Part shown: piece after piece, positions 1 to 8,901 of the stretch
Layout: every line of letters starts with the position of its first letter
Numbering within the stretch: the first letter of the stretch is position 1
DNA from: an uncultured Clostridia bacterium
Lineage (GTDB): Bacteria; Bacillota; Clostridia; Christensenellales; CAMQZB01
Assembly: GCA_947039455.1 (NCBI GenBank)
Contig: CAMQZB010000001.1
Location: 79,877 to 143,876 of the forward strand
Length of the DNA stretch: 64,000 bases
Direction: 5' to 3'
Notes under the pieces: model-generated
What the model saw: only the letters and a program-made list of their open reading frames with translations
Database searches by the model: none
Told to the model about the DNA's origin: nothing
Position numbers and translations under genes: made by a program

Positions 1-845
1 AAGAGTTAGCTTATATTGATGTTGGAGTGGGTGAAGTATTGATACTTATCCATGGAAATATGTCATCATCTGTGCATTTTTTACCGTTGATTGAGAAATT
101 GCAAGATACATACAGAGTGGTAGTTCCTGACCTACGTGGTTACGGAGACAGCACTTACAACGAAAGATTTGACTCACTTTGCCAATTAAGCAGTGATGTG
201 AAATTGTTCGCTGATGCACTTGGAATAGATACAGCATTCGTTGCTGGTTGGTCAACAGGCGGTGGAATTGCAATGGACTTAGCAGCAAAACATCCTGAAT
301 TTGTTAAATCATTATTCATAATTCAAGGCACAAGCCACAAAGGTTATCCTATTTTCAAAAAAGATGCAACGTTCCAAGCAATTGACGGCTCAGCGTACGC
401 AACAAAAGAAGAAATGGCAACTGATCCAGTGCAAGTAGCACCTGCAGTATTGATGATGGAAAACAATGACGCAGACGGTATGACAAACATCTGGAACTAC
501 GTAATATATAATGTAAACAAACCATCAAAAGAAGATAACGATTTTTACATGGCAGAGTCAATGAAACAAAAATGTATCCTTGACACCGATTGGGCGTTAG
601 CAGTGTTCAATATGAGCAATGAAAAAAGCTGTTATTCAGAAGGTGAAAATACATTAAAAGACATAAAATGCAAGTGTGCATTCACAAAAGCAATGCAAGA
701 CATTACAGTTCCACCTACAATGGTAATGGAAAATGTTGAGGCACTTTGTGATTTGGCAACATTAATAACATATGAAAACTGTGCGCATAGTCCAATCGTA
801 GACAACCTAGATCAATTAACTAGCGACATGAAAAATTTCTTTTAA
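1..845 (+). CDS. alpha/beta-fold hydrolase (5' end runs off the window)
   Basis: ORF 27..845 stays open back to nt 3 (ELAYIDVGVGEVLILIHG). It has an HG oxyanion motif, a GWSTGG nucleophile elbow (G-x-S-x-G) and a C-terminal His (NCAHSP). Confidence 0.8.
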   Translation, partial: ELAYIDVGVGEVLILIHGNMSSSVHFLPLIEKLQDTYRVVVPDLRGYGDSTYNERFDSLCQLSSDVKLFADALGIDTAFVAGWSTGGGIAMDLAAKHPEFVKSLFIIQGTSHKGYPIFKKDATFQAIDGSAYATKEEMATDPVQVAPAVLMMENNDADGMTNIWNYVIYNVNKPSKEDNDFYMAESMKQKCILDTDWALAVFNMSNEKSCYSEGENTLKDIKCKCAFTKAMQDITVPPTMVMENVEALCDLATLITYENCAHSPIVDNLDQLTSDMKNFF

Positions 846-1105
846 CAACGACAATCACTCCATTAAATTTATTTTTTATTGAACCGTAGATCTTGCAAAA
901 GTGTAGATTTCTTTTGCAAGAGATATTGTTCAACATCGTATGAACATTGTTCATTAAACTATATTTAAAAATAATGGGTTGATCATTAATATAAATTAAA
1001 TATAAAATATAACAAAACCTAACATTAAAAATTAAACAGGAACTAAAAATATAAAAGTTTCTTAAAAAAATTAGAACGATACAAACTGGGGAAAAGGAGT
1101 ATAGT

Positions 1106-1924
1106 ATGATTTATGAAAATAATGGCGTAAAATTATTTTATGAGATTAAAGGTGATGAAAAAGGCACAGAAGTAGTAGCGTTTTTCAATGGAGTTATGGC
1201 ATCAACTTCAAGTTGGTACGGCTGTATTGAACCGCTAGAAAAAGCAGGATTTAAAATTTTGCTACATGATTTTAAAGGACAATTAAAATCAGATAAGCCA
1301 ATTCCTGAGAGTGGTATATATTCGTTTGAAGACCACGCTAAAGAAGCAAAAGCCTTGTTTGATAGTCTAGGAATTACAAAAGTTAACATTGTTGGAACAA
1401 GTTATGGCGGAGAAGTTGCAATGAAATTTGCTGCAATGTACCAAGATATGGTGAAGACTATTGTTGTTATTGATTCCGTTTCCGAATTAGATGAAGTGTG
1501 TAAAAACTTTGTTGAAAGTTGGAAAGTATTATGTGATTGTGGTGATGGCGAAAAGTTTTTCTACGGTATGGCTCCAAGCATTTACGGACCTGAATTTATG
1601 GAAAAGAATAAAGTATTACTTGCAAAACGAGCTATTGCTACAAAAAATATCGACAAAAGTTACTTTGTTGGTCAAAAAATCTTATATGATACCTTTGCTC
1701 AAGATGTCTATATGACTGATGAGCTTTCAAAAATAACTTGTCCAACATTAATAATTTGTGGTGAACAAGACATTTTGAAACCGCCAAAATTCAGTGATAT
1801 AATGCACAAAAACATTAAAAACAGCGAGTATGTGATTTTTCCTCACTGTGGTCATGTAACAATTTTTGAACAACAAGAAACGTTAAATACTAACATACTT
1901 GGTTTTGTAATGAAACACAAGTAA
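1106..1924 (+). CDS. alpha/beta-fold hydrolase
   Basis: 272 aa with a GTSYGG nucleophile elbow and a late His (PHCGHV). RBS aaaaggag lies upstream. It is a distant paralogue of the preceding gene. Confidence 0.8.
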   Translation: MIYENNGVKLFYEIKGDEKGTEVVAFFNGVMASTSSWYGCIEPLEKAGFKILLHDFKGQLKSDKPIPESGIYSFEDHAKEAKALFDSLGITKVNIVGTSYGGEVAMKFAAMYQDMVKTIVVIDSVSELDEVCKNFVESWKVLCDCGDGEKFFYGMAPSIYGPEFMEKNKVLLAKRAIATKNIDKSYFVGQKILYDTFAQDVYMTDELSKITCPTLIICGEQDILKPPKFSDIMHKNIKNSEYVIFPHCGHVTIFEQQETLNTNILGFVMKHK

Positions 1925-2000
1925 AAAATTAATTAACAGTTGCTTGCAAATTATTTTATTTTGTGTTAGTATATGAATATTAAAATATTTGGAGAAAAAC

Positions 2001-2207
2001 ATGGATTTGAATAGAATAAATGAGTTAGCAAAAAAGAAAAAAGAAGTGGGTCTAACTGAAGCTGAAACTATAGAACAAGGAAAACTAAGAGCGGAATATA
2101 TGGAAGTGTTCCGTAGTAATTTCAAAAATCAGCTTGACAATGTGTACTTAGTTGACGAAAAAGGCAATAAAGAAAAAATCAAAGAAAAACCAAACACAAG
2201 AAGTTAA
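2001..2207 (+). CDS. DUF896/UPF0291-family small protein
   Basis: MDLNRINELAKKKKEVGLTEAE..LRAEY resembles the YnzC-like family. The ATG at 2001 follows RBS ggag; the track start at 1989 is a TTG inside the RBS region. Confidence 0.6.
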   Translation: MDLNRINELAKKKKEVGLTEAETIEQGKLRAEYMEVFRSNFKNQLDNVYLVDEKGNKEKIKEKPNTRS

Positions 2208-2256
2208 TTCACTGCTTAGAAAATAAACAATCAACACAACAAAATAATAAAACAAA

Positions 2257-2287
2257 GGGTATTATCAATCATGATAATACCCTTTTT
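2257..2287 (+). terminator. rho-independent terminator after the DUF896 gene
   Basis: 11-bp stem gggtattatca/tgataataccc, 4-nt loop, then TTTTT. Confidence 0.8.
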
Positions 2288-2552
2288 ATTTAATCTAAAC
2301 ATAAACCAAACAAACTGCTATAAACTATTCCCATCTAATGAAATAGATTTAACAGCAAACGCAAAGATCATCAATCAATCTACATCTAACAGCAAATAAA
2401 ACCCAAGAAACATTCAAATTTCAAATTTCATTTAAAAATAAATATGAATATAATTAATCTACATCTAAAAGTAAACAAAATACCGCCAACCAATCAAATA
2501 GATTTAACAGTAATTTCAAATGTAGTGAACTACAAAATCATACTACAAAAAA

Positions 2553-3299
2553 TTACACACCTGAGGATTTAAGAAACTGTTTTGGGGTTTTGTTGAATGC
2601 CTTTTTAAAAGAAGCAATAAAATGTGATTCGGAGCAAAAAGCAAATTGATAAGCAGTTTGGGAAATAGAATAACCCTCCATAAGTAGCAGTTTTGACTCC
2701 TGAAGTTTTTGGGTTAAAATATAATCTTTTATTGATACTCCAACGACTTTTTTAAAAAGAGTGGAGAGATAATCATAAGACAAATTTGCACGAGTTGCAA
2801 GTTCTAATAAGGTTATTTTACTATGAAGATTTACGGTGATATAATTCAAACAAGAGCGAATAACGTAAGGATAATTTCTTTGATGATTAGATTTTTGAAC
2901 TTTTTTTGTTAAAACTCTAATAAATTCTACAAAGGAATCCATAACTTCGTCAGTTTTTTTCATACTGTCAATTTTAATAATATAAACATCGCTAAGGTTA
3001 GCCGCAAGAGTTTCATCAAAACCGCCAAGGACACTGTAATGGGTAGCGGTGGCGATAGAGCAAATAGCCCAATATTGAATTTGACGAAGCTCGTTGTGAG
3101 AAAGCCGTCCCATAACAACACCTTCCGCAAGATGTTTTTCAATTAGGGTTTCTAAGTATACAACATCGCCATTTTTAATACAGTTCAAAGTCAAAAGTTC
3201 AATAGCAAAAGAGCTTTGAACAAGCCCAACTTCACGCTCATTAAAAAGAGGATTATTCGTATCTGATAGGATTTGTATAGAATTTTTGTATTTTGACAT
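2553..3299 (-). CDS. AraC-family transcriptional regulator
   Basis: C-terminal double HTH (LLELATRANLSYDYLSTLFKK ... ISQTAYQFAFCSESHFIASFKKAFNKTPKQF). It is divergent from the glycosidase operon. Confidence 0.85.
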   Translation of the reverse strand: MSKYKNSIQILSDTNNPLFNEREVGLVQSSFAIELLTLNCIKNGDVVYLETLIEKHLAEGVVMGRLSHNELRQIQYWAICSIATATHYSVLGGFDETLAANLSDVYIIKIDSMKKTDEVMDSFVEFIRVLTKKVQKSNHQRNYPYVIRSCLNYITVNLHSKITLLELATRANLSYDYLSTLFKKVVGVSIKDYILTQKLQESKLLLMEGYSISQTAYQFAFCSESHFIASFKKAFNKTPKQFLKSSGV

Positions 3300-3463
3300 A
3301 ACGCACCGCCTTACTAATTATCATATAACAAATTACAAAAATATGCAACTAATATATGATATAAATAGCGTATTTATGATATTATTTAGTGAATTTATAT
3401 GGTATGTTTATAGGAGATAATTATAAATAGTATTGGCAAGATAAAGATATGAAGGAGCTGTAA

Positions 3464-5854
3464 ATGAGGAATAAAGAGATAATAGATTTATTGACCATTG
3501 ACGAAAAAATACGCTTATTAAACGGCGATGGCAGTTGGTTTACGAATAATTGCAATGGCAAATTGCCAACAATTATGATGAGTGACGGACCACACGGCTT
3601 GAGAAAGCAAGAAGTGGAGAATTATGCTGATTTAAACAACAGCGAAATCGCAACTTGCTATCCAACAGCAAGCGCAATAGCGTCAAGTTGGGATATAAAC
3701 GTAGCTAGCAAATTAGCTGAAGCCATCGCTGACGAAGCGTTGAAAGAGAAAGTCTCAATCGTTCTTGGCTGTGGAATAAATATTAAAAGAAACCCGCTAT
3801 GTGGAAGGAATTTCGAGTATTTTTCAGAAGACCCATATCTTACAGGCGAGCTTGCGACAGCATACATAAAAGCCATGGAAAGTAAAGGAGTAGGCACATC
3901 TTTAAAGCACTTTGCTTGCAATAATCAAGAAAAAAGAAGACAAACTCAAAACTCAAAAATAGACGAAAGAGCTTTGCATGAAATATATCTAAAAGCCTTT
4001 GAAACAGTAGTTAAAAACGCACAGCCAACAACAATTATGTCATCATATAACAGACTAAACGGTGAGTATGTAGGAAGAAATAAAGGGTTGTTGACTGATT
4101 TGCTAAGAGAAAAATGGGGCTTTAAAGGGTTGATAGTATCAGATTGGGGCGCAGCACTTGACATCGTGGCATGTATAAAAGCTGGAATGGATATTGAAAT
4201 GCCTGATTCATTTGGGCAACATACGTTAGAACTAAAAACAGCCTATGATAATGGCGAAATAACACTTCAGGAAATTGATCGAGCAGTAGAAAACGTGGTT
4301 GCAATGGTGGTAAATCAAAGCAAAAAAATAATTGATTCAAAAGTTGATTATGACGTACAACATAACATTGCAAAAGAGCTTGAATGCCAGTCAGCAGTAT
4401 TACTTAAAAATGTAGAAAAAATATTACCAGTTGATAAAAATAAAAAGATTTTAGTAATAGGAAATATGGCCACGGAAATGCGATTTCAAGGTGGCGGAAG
4501 TTCACATATTACAACAGTAAAAACCAAAAACGCATTAGAAAGTTTAACTGAGATTTATGAGAATATTGACTATGCAAAAGGCTATTTAGAGGATAGCACA
4601 AATAGTAAATTGCAAGGGGAAGCTGTTGAAAAAGCTAAAACAGCCGATGTGGTACTTTTCTTTGGTGGATTATCTGATAAATATGAAGGTGAAGGGTATG
4701 ATAGAGCAACTTTGAGTATCCCACCATGCCAAACTGAGCTTTTAGATAAAGTATCAGAGGTGAATGATAATATAGTTTTCGTATCTTTTGGTGGTTCACC
4801 AATTGAGATGAAATTTATAAACAATGTTAAAGGCATTTTGCAAATGTATTTAGGCGGTCAAGGGGTTGGCGAAGCCTGTGGATTGCTAATTTCAGGAGCA
4901 AGAAACCCAAGTGGAAAGCTAGCTGAAACATATCCAATAAATATAAACGACGTACCATCAACAAAGACTTTCGGAAAGGAAACTGCAAACGTGGAATACC
5001 GTGAAAGCATCTTTGTTGGCTATCGATATTTTGACACATTCAAGATACCAACATTATTTGATTTTGGTTTCGGTTTATCATATACAAATTTTGAATATAC
5101 TAACCTTGTGCTGTCAACAAATACTTATAAAAACGGCAACTTAGAAGTTATGTTTGATGTAGCAAATACAGGTGAAGTAAATGGAGCTGAAGTAGCGGAA
5201 GTATACATAAAAAACCCAGAAGGAAAATATATGAGAGCAAGCCGAGAACTTGCAGGGTTTGTGAAAATAAAGTTAGACAGCAAAGAGAAAAAAACTACAA
5301 CAGTTACAGTAAATGAACGTAGTTTTAGCATATATAATGAAGAAAAAGCTGACTTTCAAATTGCATCTGGAACGTATCAAATCATGGTGGGTTCATCGCT
5401 AAGCGATATACGATTGGAAGCAACTGTTGAAGTTTTGGGGGAAGAAATCACACTTGATCAAACTATGGAATTTTCTGAGTATTTCAATTCGGAATTAAAG
5501 ATAACAAGTGAAAAATTCAATAGTTTACTAAAGAATAAAAACCAAAGGAATTTCGATAAAATACCAAGAGGCGGTTATACAAAATACAATTCTATGAACG
5601 AGCTAGCGAAAGCTTCACTACTTGTAAAAATCGTGAAATTTGTATTGAAAAAAGTGGTGTATGGCATGAACAAAGACAAGTTAAAAACCGATCCAGCGGT
5701 TACCATGATCGTAACAGGAATGCAAGAAGGACCACTTGATTCCGTGCTAACAGCAAGCGAAGGAGCAGTGCCGTATTTCCTAGCGGAAGCCATGGTGCTG
5801 TCAGCAAATAAAAAACATATGAAAGCAATTGGCAAGTTAATAAAAAGAAAATAG
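3464..5854 (+). CDS. glycoside hydrolase family 3 (BglX-like beta-glucosidase/exo-glycosidase)
   Basis: 796 aa with GH3 N-domain motifs (MSDGPHGLRKQ, KHFACNNQE, IVSDWGA nucleophile Asp region), a C-domain and an Fn3-like domain. An extra ~110-aa basic C-terminal tail follows. Confidence 0.9.
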   Translation: MRNKEIIDLLTIDEKIRLLNGDGSWFTNNCNGKLPTIMMSDGPHGLRKQEVENYADLNNSEIATCYPTASAIASSWDINVASKLAEAIADEALKEKVSIVLGCGINIKRNPLCGRNFEYFSEDPYLTGELATAYIKAMESKGVGTSLKHFACNNQEKRRQTQNSKIDERALHEIYLKAFETVVKNAQPTTIMSSYNRLNGEYVGRNKGLLTDLLREKWGFKGLIVSDWGAALDIVACIKAGMDIEMPDSFGQHTLELKTAYDNGEITLQEIDRAVENVVAMVVNQSKKIIDSKVDYDVQHNIAKELECQSAVLLKNVEKILPVDKNKKILVIGNMATEMRFQGGGSSHITTVKTKNALESLTEIYENIDYAKGYLEDSTNSKLQGEAVEKAKTADVVLFFGGLSDKYEGEGYDRATLSIPPCQTELLDKVSEVNDNIVFVSFGGSPIEMKFINNVKGILQMYLGGQGVGEACGLLISGARNPSGKLAETYPININDVPSTKTFGKETANVEYRESIFVGYRYFDTFKIPTLFDFGFGLSYTNFEYTNLVLSTNTYKNGNLEVMFDVANTGEVNGAEVAEVYIKNPEGKYMRASRELAGFVKIKLDSKEKKTTTVTVNERSFSIYNEEKADFQIASGTYQIMVGSSLSDIRLEATVEVLGEEITLDQTMEFSEYFNSELKITSEKFNSLLKNKNQRNFDKIPRGGYTKYNSMNELAKASLLVKIVKFVLKKVVYGMNKDKLKTDPAVTMIVTGMQEGPLDSVLTASEGAVPYFLAEAMVLSANKKHMKAIGKLIKRK

Positions 5855-5865
5855 AGGATATAAAT

Positions 5866-7395
5866 ATGAAAATCATGAAAATTATAGATGCAATATTATT
5901 TTGGGTAAGTTTAGCAGTATTAATATTAGGAATAGGGTTGTTTTTAGTAATAAATAATGCTATAATAAATAATCAAGTAGTATTGATGACCTGCCTAGCA
6001 TTGGGATTAGCAGGAGGAATAGCAAGTAGATTATTGCTAGGAAAAAGCGTAAATAAGAATAAAAAATTATTTCTAATAATCGCAAGTGTAGTGCTATTAG
6101 CAACAACAGCTTTGAGTATTTACATAATCCTACAAACAGCAATTATTAACTTTTGGCAACCTGTATCATTATCAATGTCAATAACAGTAGTACTAATCAC
6201 AGGCATAGTTTTGCAATTAATATCAGCAGTTTACACTCTAATATTTCAAAGCGACAGCAAAAAAATAGTAGGTGTTTTCGTAGTAATATTATCATTTTAT
6301 GTGTCATTGTCAGGGTTCGCATTTTTGCAAAACATGAACGAGTTTGAGAATGTAGAAACATCATTTGCGTTGTTTGAGAACGGAGAAGCGGACTATACCA
6401 CATTCAGAATTCCGTCATTAATATCAATGGACAAAGACAGTATCAACGAAATCTACGGATATGAAATGGAGCATGATGTACTTCTAGCAACAGCGGAAGG
6501 ACGCAAAAATTCTTTCCATGATAGAGGTGAAATTGATATAGTAGGAAAAGTTTCAACAGATAATGGAGAAACTTGGAGTGAAGTAATGGTGTTGTTTGAA
6601 GTGGCAGGAGAAGTAGGAAAATACGGAAATCCTACGCCAGTTTACGACAGTGAAACAGGGTTAATAAATTTTCTTTGCATGACAGGCGTTGAATCAAACA
6701 ATTACAAATATTCAACATATAATATCAGATGCGAAATTAATGAAGATTTCTCAATAACAGAAACAGACAGAATTAACTTAAACGATCAACTAAATATAGA
6801 AGCAGGGGAATCAGTAGCAACAAACGCAAATAGTCTAATGATCGGCCCTGGAAAATCAATACAATTAGAAAGCGGAAGATTGATAGCACCAGCAAGTCAA
6901 AAGAATATAAGTTTTGCGATTTATAGTGATGACAATGGGCTAACATGGACAAGAAGTGGCGACTTTGGAGCTGGTAATGAGAATGAAGTGGTAGAGTTAT
7001 CAAAGGGAGAATTGATGATGGTAGCACGTGAAACAACTCCATGCGACACTACACATAATGAGCAGTACCAACGTTTTGCATACTCAAGTGACCAAGGGGA
7101 AACATGGGTACAAGCTAAAGAAAGTGAGTTAAAAACACCAGTATGTATGGCATCGCTAGCAGGGTTTGAGGATACAGTATATTTCTCATATCCTGACGAT
7201 TTCCTAACTAGAGGTAACTTGACAGTAGCAGTGTCAAAAGATAATGGAGATACATTTGATAAATTATCAATCTATCAAGGAGCAGCGGGATATTCATGTA
7301 TTGAAACAAACGGAAATGGAGATGTGTTCTTGCTATCAGAAGTGGGAGCGGTGAATTATTGTGAGCAATTAGTCTTTGCAAAAATCAAAGCGTAA
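5866..7395 (+). CDS. GH33 exo-alpha-sialidase-like protein with N-terminal 5-TM membrane domain
   Basis: About 160 aa with five hydrophobic helices, then an FRIP motif (YTTFRIPSL) and four Asp boxes (STDNGETW, SDDNGLTW, SSDQGETW, SKDNGDTF). A GYSCIE Tyr-nucleophile-like motif is also present. Confidence 0.8.
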   Translation: MKIMKIIDAILFWVSLAVLILGIGLFLVINNAIINNQVVLMTCLALGLAGGIASRLLLGKSVNKNKKLFLIIASVVLLATTALSIYIILQTAIINFWQPVSLSMSITVVLITGIVLQLISAVYTLIFQSDSKKIVGVFVVILSFYVSLSGFAFLQNMNEFENVETSFALFENGEADYTTFRIPSLISMDKDSINEIYGYEMEHDVLLATAEGRKNSFHDRGEIDIVGKVSTDNGETWSEVMVLFEVAGEVGKYGNPTPVYDSETGLINFLCMTGVESNNYKYSTYNIRCEINEDFSITETDRINLNDQLNIEAGESVATNANSLMIGPGKSIQLESGRLIAPASQKNISFAIYSDDNGLTWTRSGDFGAGNENEVVELSKGELMMVARETTPCDTTHNEQYQRFAYSSDQGETWVQAKESELKTPVCMASLAGFEDTVYFSYPDDFLTRGNLTVAVSKDNGDTFDKLSIYQGAAGYSCIETNGNGDVFLLSEVGAVNYCEQLVFAKIKA

Positions 7396-7419
7396 AATAG
7401 AGTACCAAGGAGAAAAATT

Positions 7420-8871
7420 ATGAAAAAATTAGATAATAGAACAAAATATTCCTATTCAATCGGTTGTATAGGAAGAGATATGGCGTATGTATTGGTGAGC
7501 ATGTTTTTGCTAATGTATATACAATATACAATGCAACTTTCAATCCTGCAATATAGCGTAATAACATTCATTATATTTGCCTGTTTAGTGTGGGACGCAT
7601 TCAATGATATAATCATGGGTGCGATAATCGAGAGTACGCACTTCAAAAGCGGAAAATACCGCCCATGGATAATAATCGGAGCAGTATTGAATGCAATAGC
7701 AATCATAATTTTGTTTACGGTAAGACCAGAAGGCTGGGGATTTGTAGCGTTCTTTGGAGTATCATATTTAAGTTGGGGCATGACATTTACAATGAACGAT
7801 ATAGCCTATTGGGGACTGTTACCGTCTTTGTCAAATGATGCAGGGGAGCGAAACACACTAGTATCATTAGTAACATCATGTGCAAGCATAGGACAAATAA
7901 TCGTAGCAGCCTGTGTGCCAATGTTAGTACAAGGACAAGCAGTAAAAGCCTATGGTTATGTAGCAGTAGGCATCGCAATTTTGCTAGTATTATTTCAATC
8001 AATAACGTTTTTTGGAGTAAAAGAACGTCCACGAGTAGTAGAAAAAACCGATATAGTAACATTCAAAAAGATGGCGAATGTATTAAAACGAAACGACCAA
8101 CTAATCGTAATTGGAATATGTTCACTGATTTTCAATTTAGGAATGAACACATTTATTGGATTTGGAATGAACTTCTTCTACTTTGAATTTAACTATATTA
8201 GTGGTGGAGATATGTTGTTTATGTTCACAGTAATGTTCGCAGTGGGAACGCTGTTAGCACAAATCGCATACAGTTTCCTAGCGAAAAAATTCAGCAGACA
8301 AAAGATATTAAACGTAGCAGTACCAACCGCAATCGTATGCTATTTGTTGTTCCTAAGCATAGGATATATCGTGCCAAAAAGCGGATTAACAATCAACATA
8401 CTTGGACTGATAATTTTCTTCTGTCAAGGACTAATCAACGTATCCATCGTAGTAATGCTAAACAATACAATCGAGTATGACCAGTTAAATACAGGAGAAA
8501 GACGTGACAGCATAGTATCAGCAGTGCGTTCGTTCTCAGTGAAATTAGCAGGAGCAGTACAACTTGGATTGATTGCAATCGTATTGATGTTAACTGGAAT
8601 TTATAGTCTAAGCCAAGAAATTGCAGCACTAGAAATTCAAGCAGCAAGCGGAGCGATCGGCAGAGATATGGTAATCAATAGTGCAAACGAAATAGTTGGA
8701 ATGGTAACAAGTGGACAACTATTTGCTCTTAGAAGTTGCATGGTAGCAATCCCAGTAATCGCACTTCTAGTAACATGGAGTTTGGTATCTAAAAAATACA
8801 AAATTTCAGAAGAAAAATATAATGAAATAGTAAAAGAACTAGCTGAAAAAAGCGAAAGCACAGCGGTTTAA
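7420..8871 (+). CDS. glycoside-pentoside-hexuronide (GPH):cation symporter family transporter
   Basis: 483 aa, about 12 TM helices, MelB/GPH-like N-terminus. It is embedded between glycosidase genes. Confidence 0.8.
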   Translation: MKKLDNRTKYSYSIGCIGRDMAYVLVSMFLLMYIQYTMQLSILQYSVITFIIFACLVWDAFNDIIMGAIIESTHFKSGKYRPWIIIGAVLNAIAIIILFTVRPEGWGFVAFFGVSYLSWGMTFTMNDIAYWGLLPSLSNDAGERNTLVSLVTSCASIGQIIVAACVPMLVQGQAVKAYGYVAVGIAILLVLFQSITFFGVKERPRVVEKTDIVTFKKMANVLKRNDQLIVIGICSLIFNLGMNTFIGFGMNFFYFEFNYISGGDMLFMFTVMFAVGTLLAQIAYSFLAKKFSRQKILNVAVPTAIVCYLLFLSIGYIVPKSGLTINILGLIIFFCQGLINVSIVVMLNNTIEYDQLNTGERRDSIVSAVRSFSVKLAGAVQLGLIAIVLMLTGIYSLSQEIAALEIQAASGAIGRDMVINSANEIVGMVTSGQLFALRSCMVAIPVIALLVTWSLVSKKYKISEEKYNEIVKELAEKSESTAV

Positions 8872-8901
8872 TTTTAAATAATGAAGATTACAGGAGGAAA
8901 T

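Noticed and set aside
886-950. Inverted repeats tcttgcaaaag/cttttgcaaga and tgaaca/tgttca between the two hydrolase genes.
   Set aside because: They are probably a terminator-like hairpin without a U-tract plus a small operator-like palindrome. This is too little to support a specific call.
1989-2000. Longer N-terminal extensions offered by the ORF track for several genes. The track starts are 1989, 8881, 17333, 32485, 41826, 42671, 52557, 54240, 56704 and 58427.
   Set aside because: In each case an internal ATG is preceded at proper distance by a GGAGG-like RBS and matches the conserved family N-terminus. The upstream portion overlaps the RBS or promoter.
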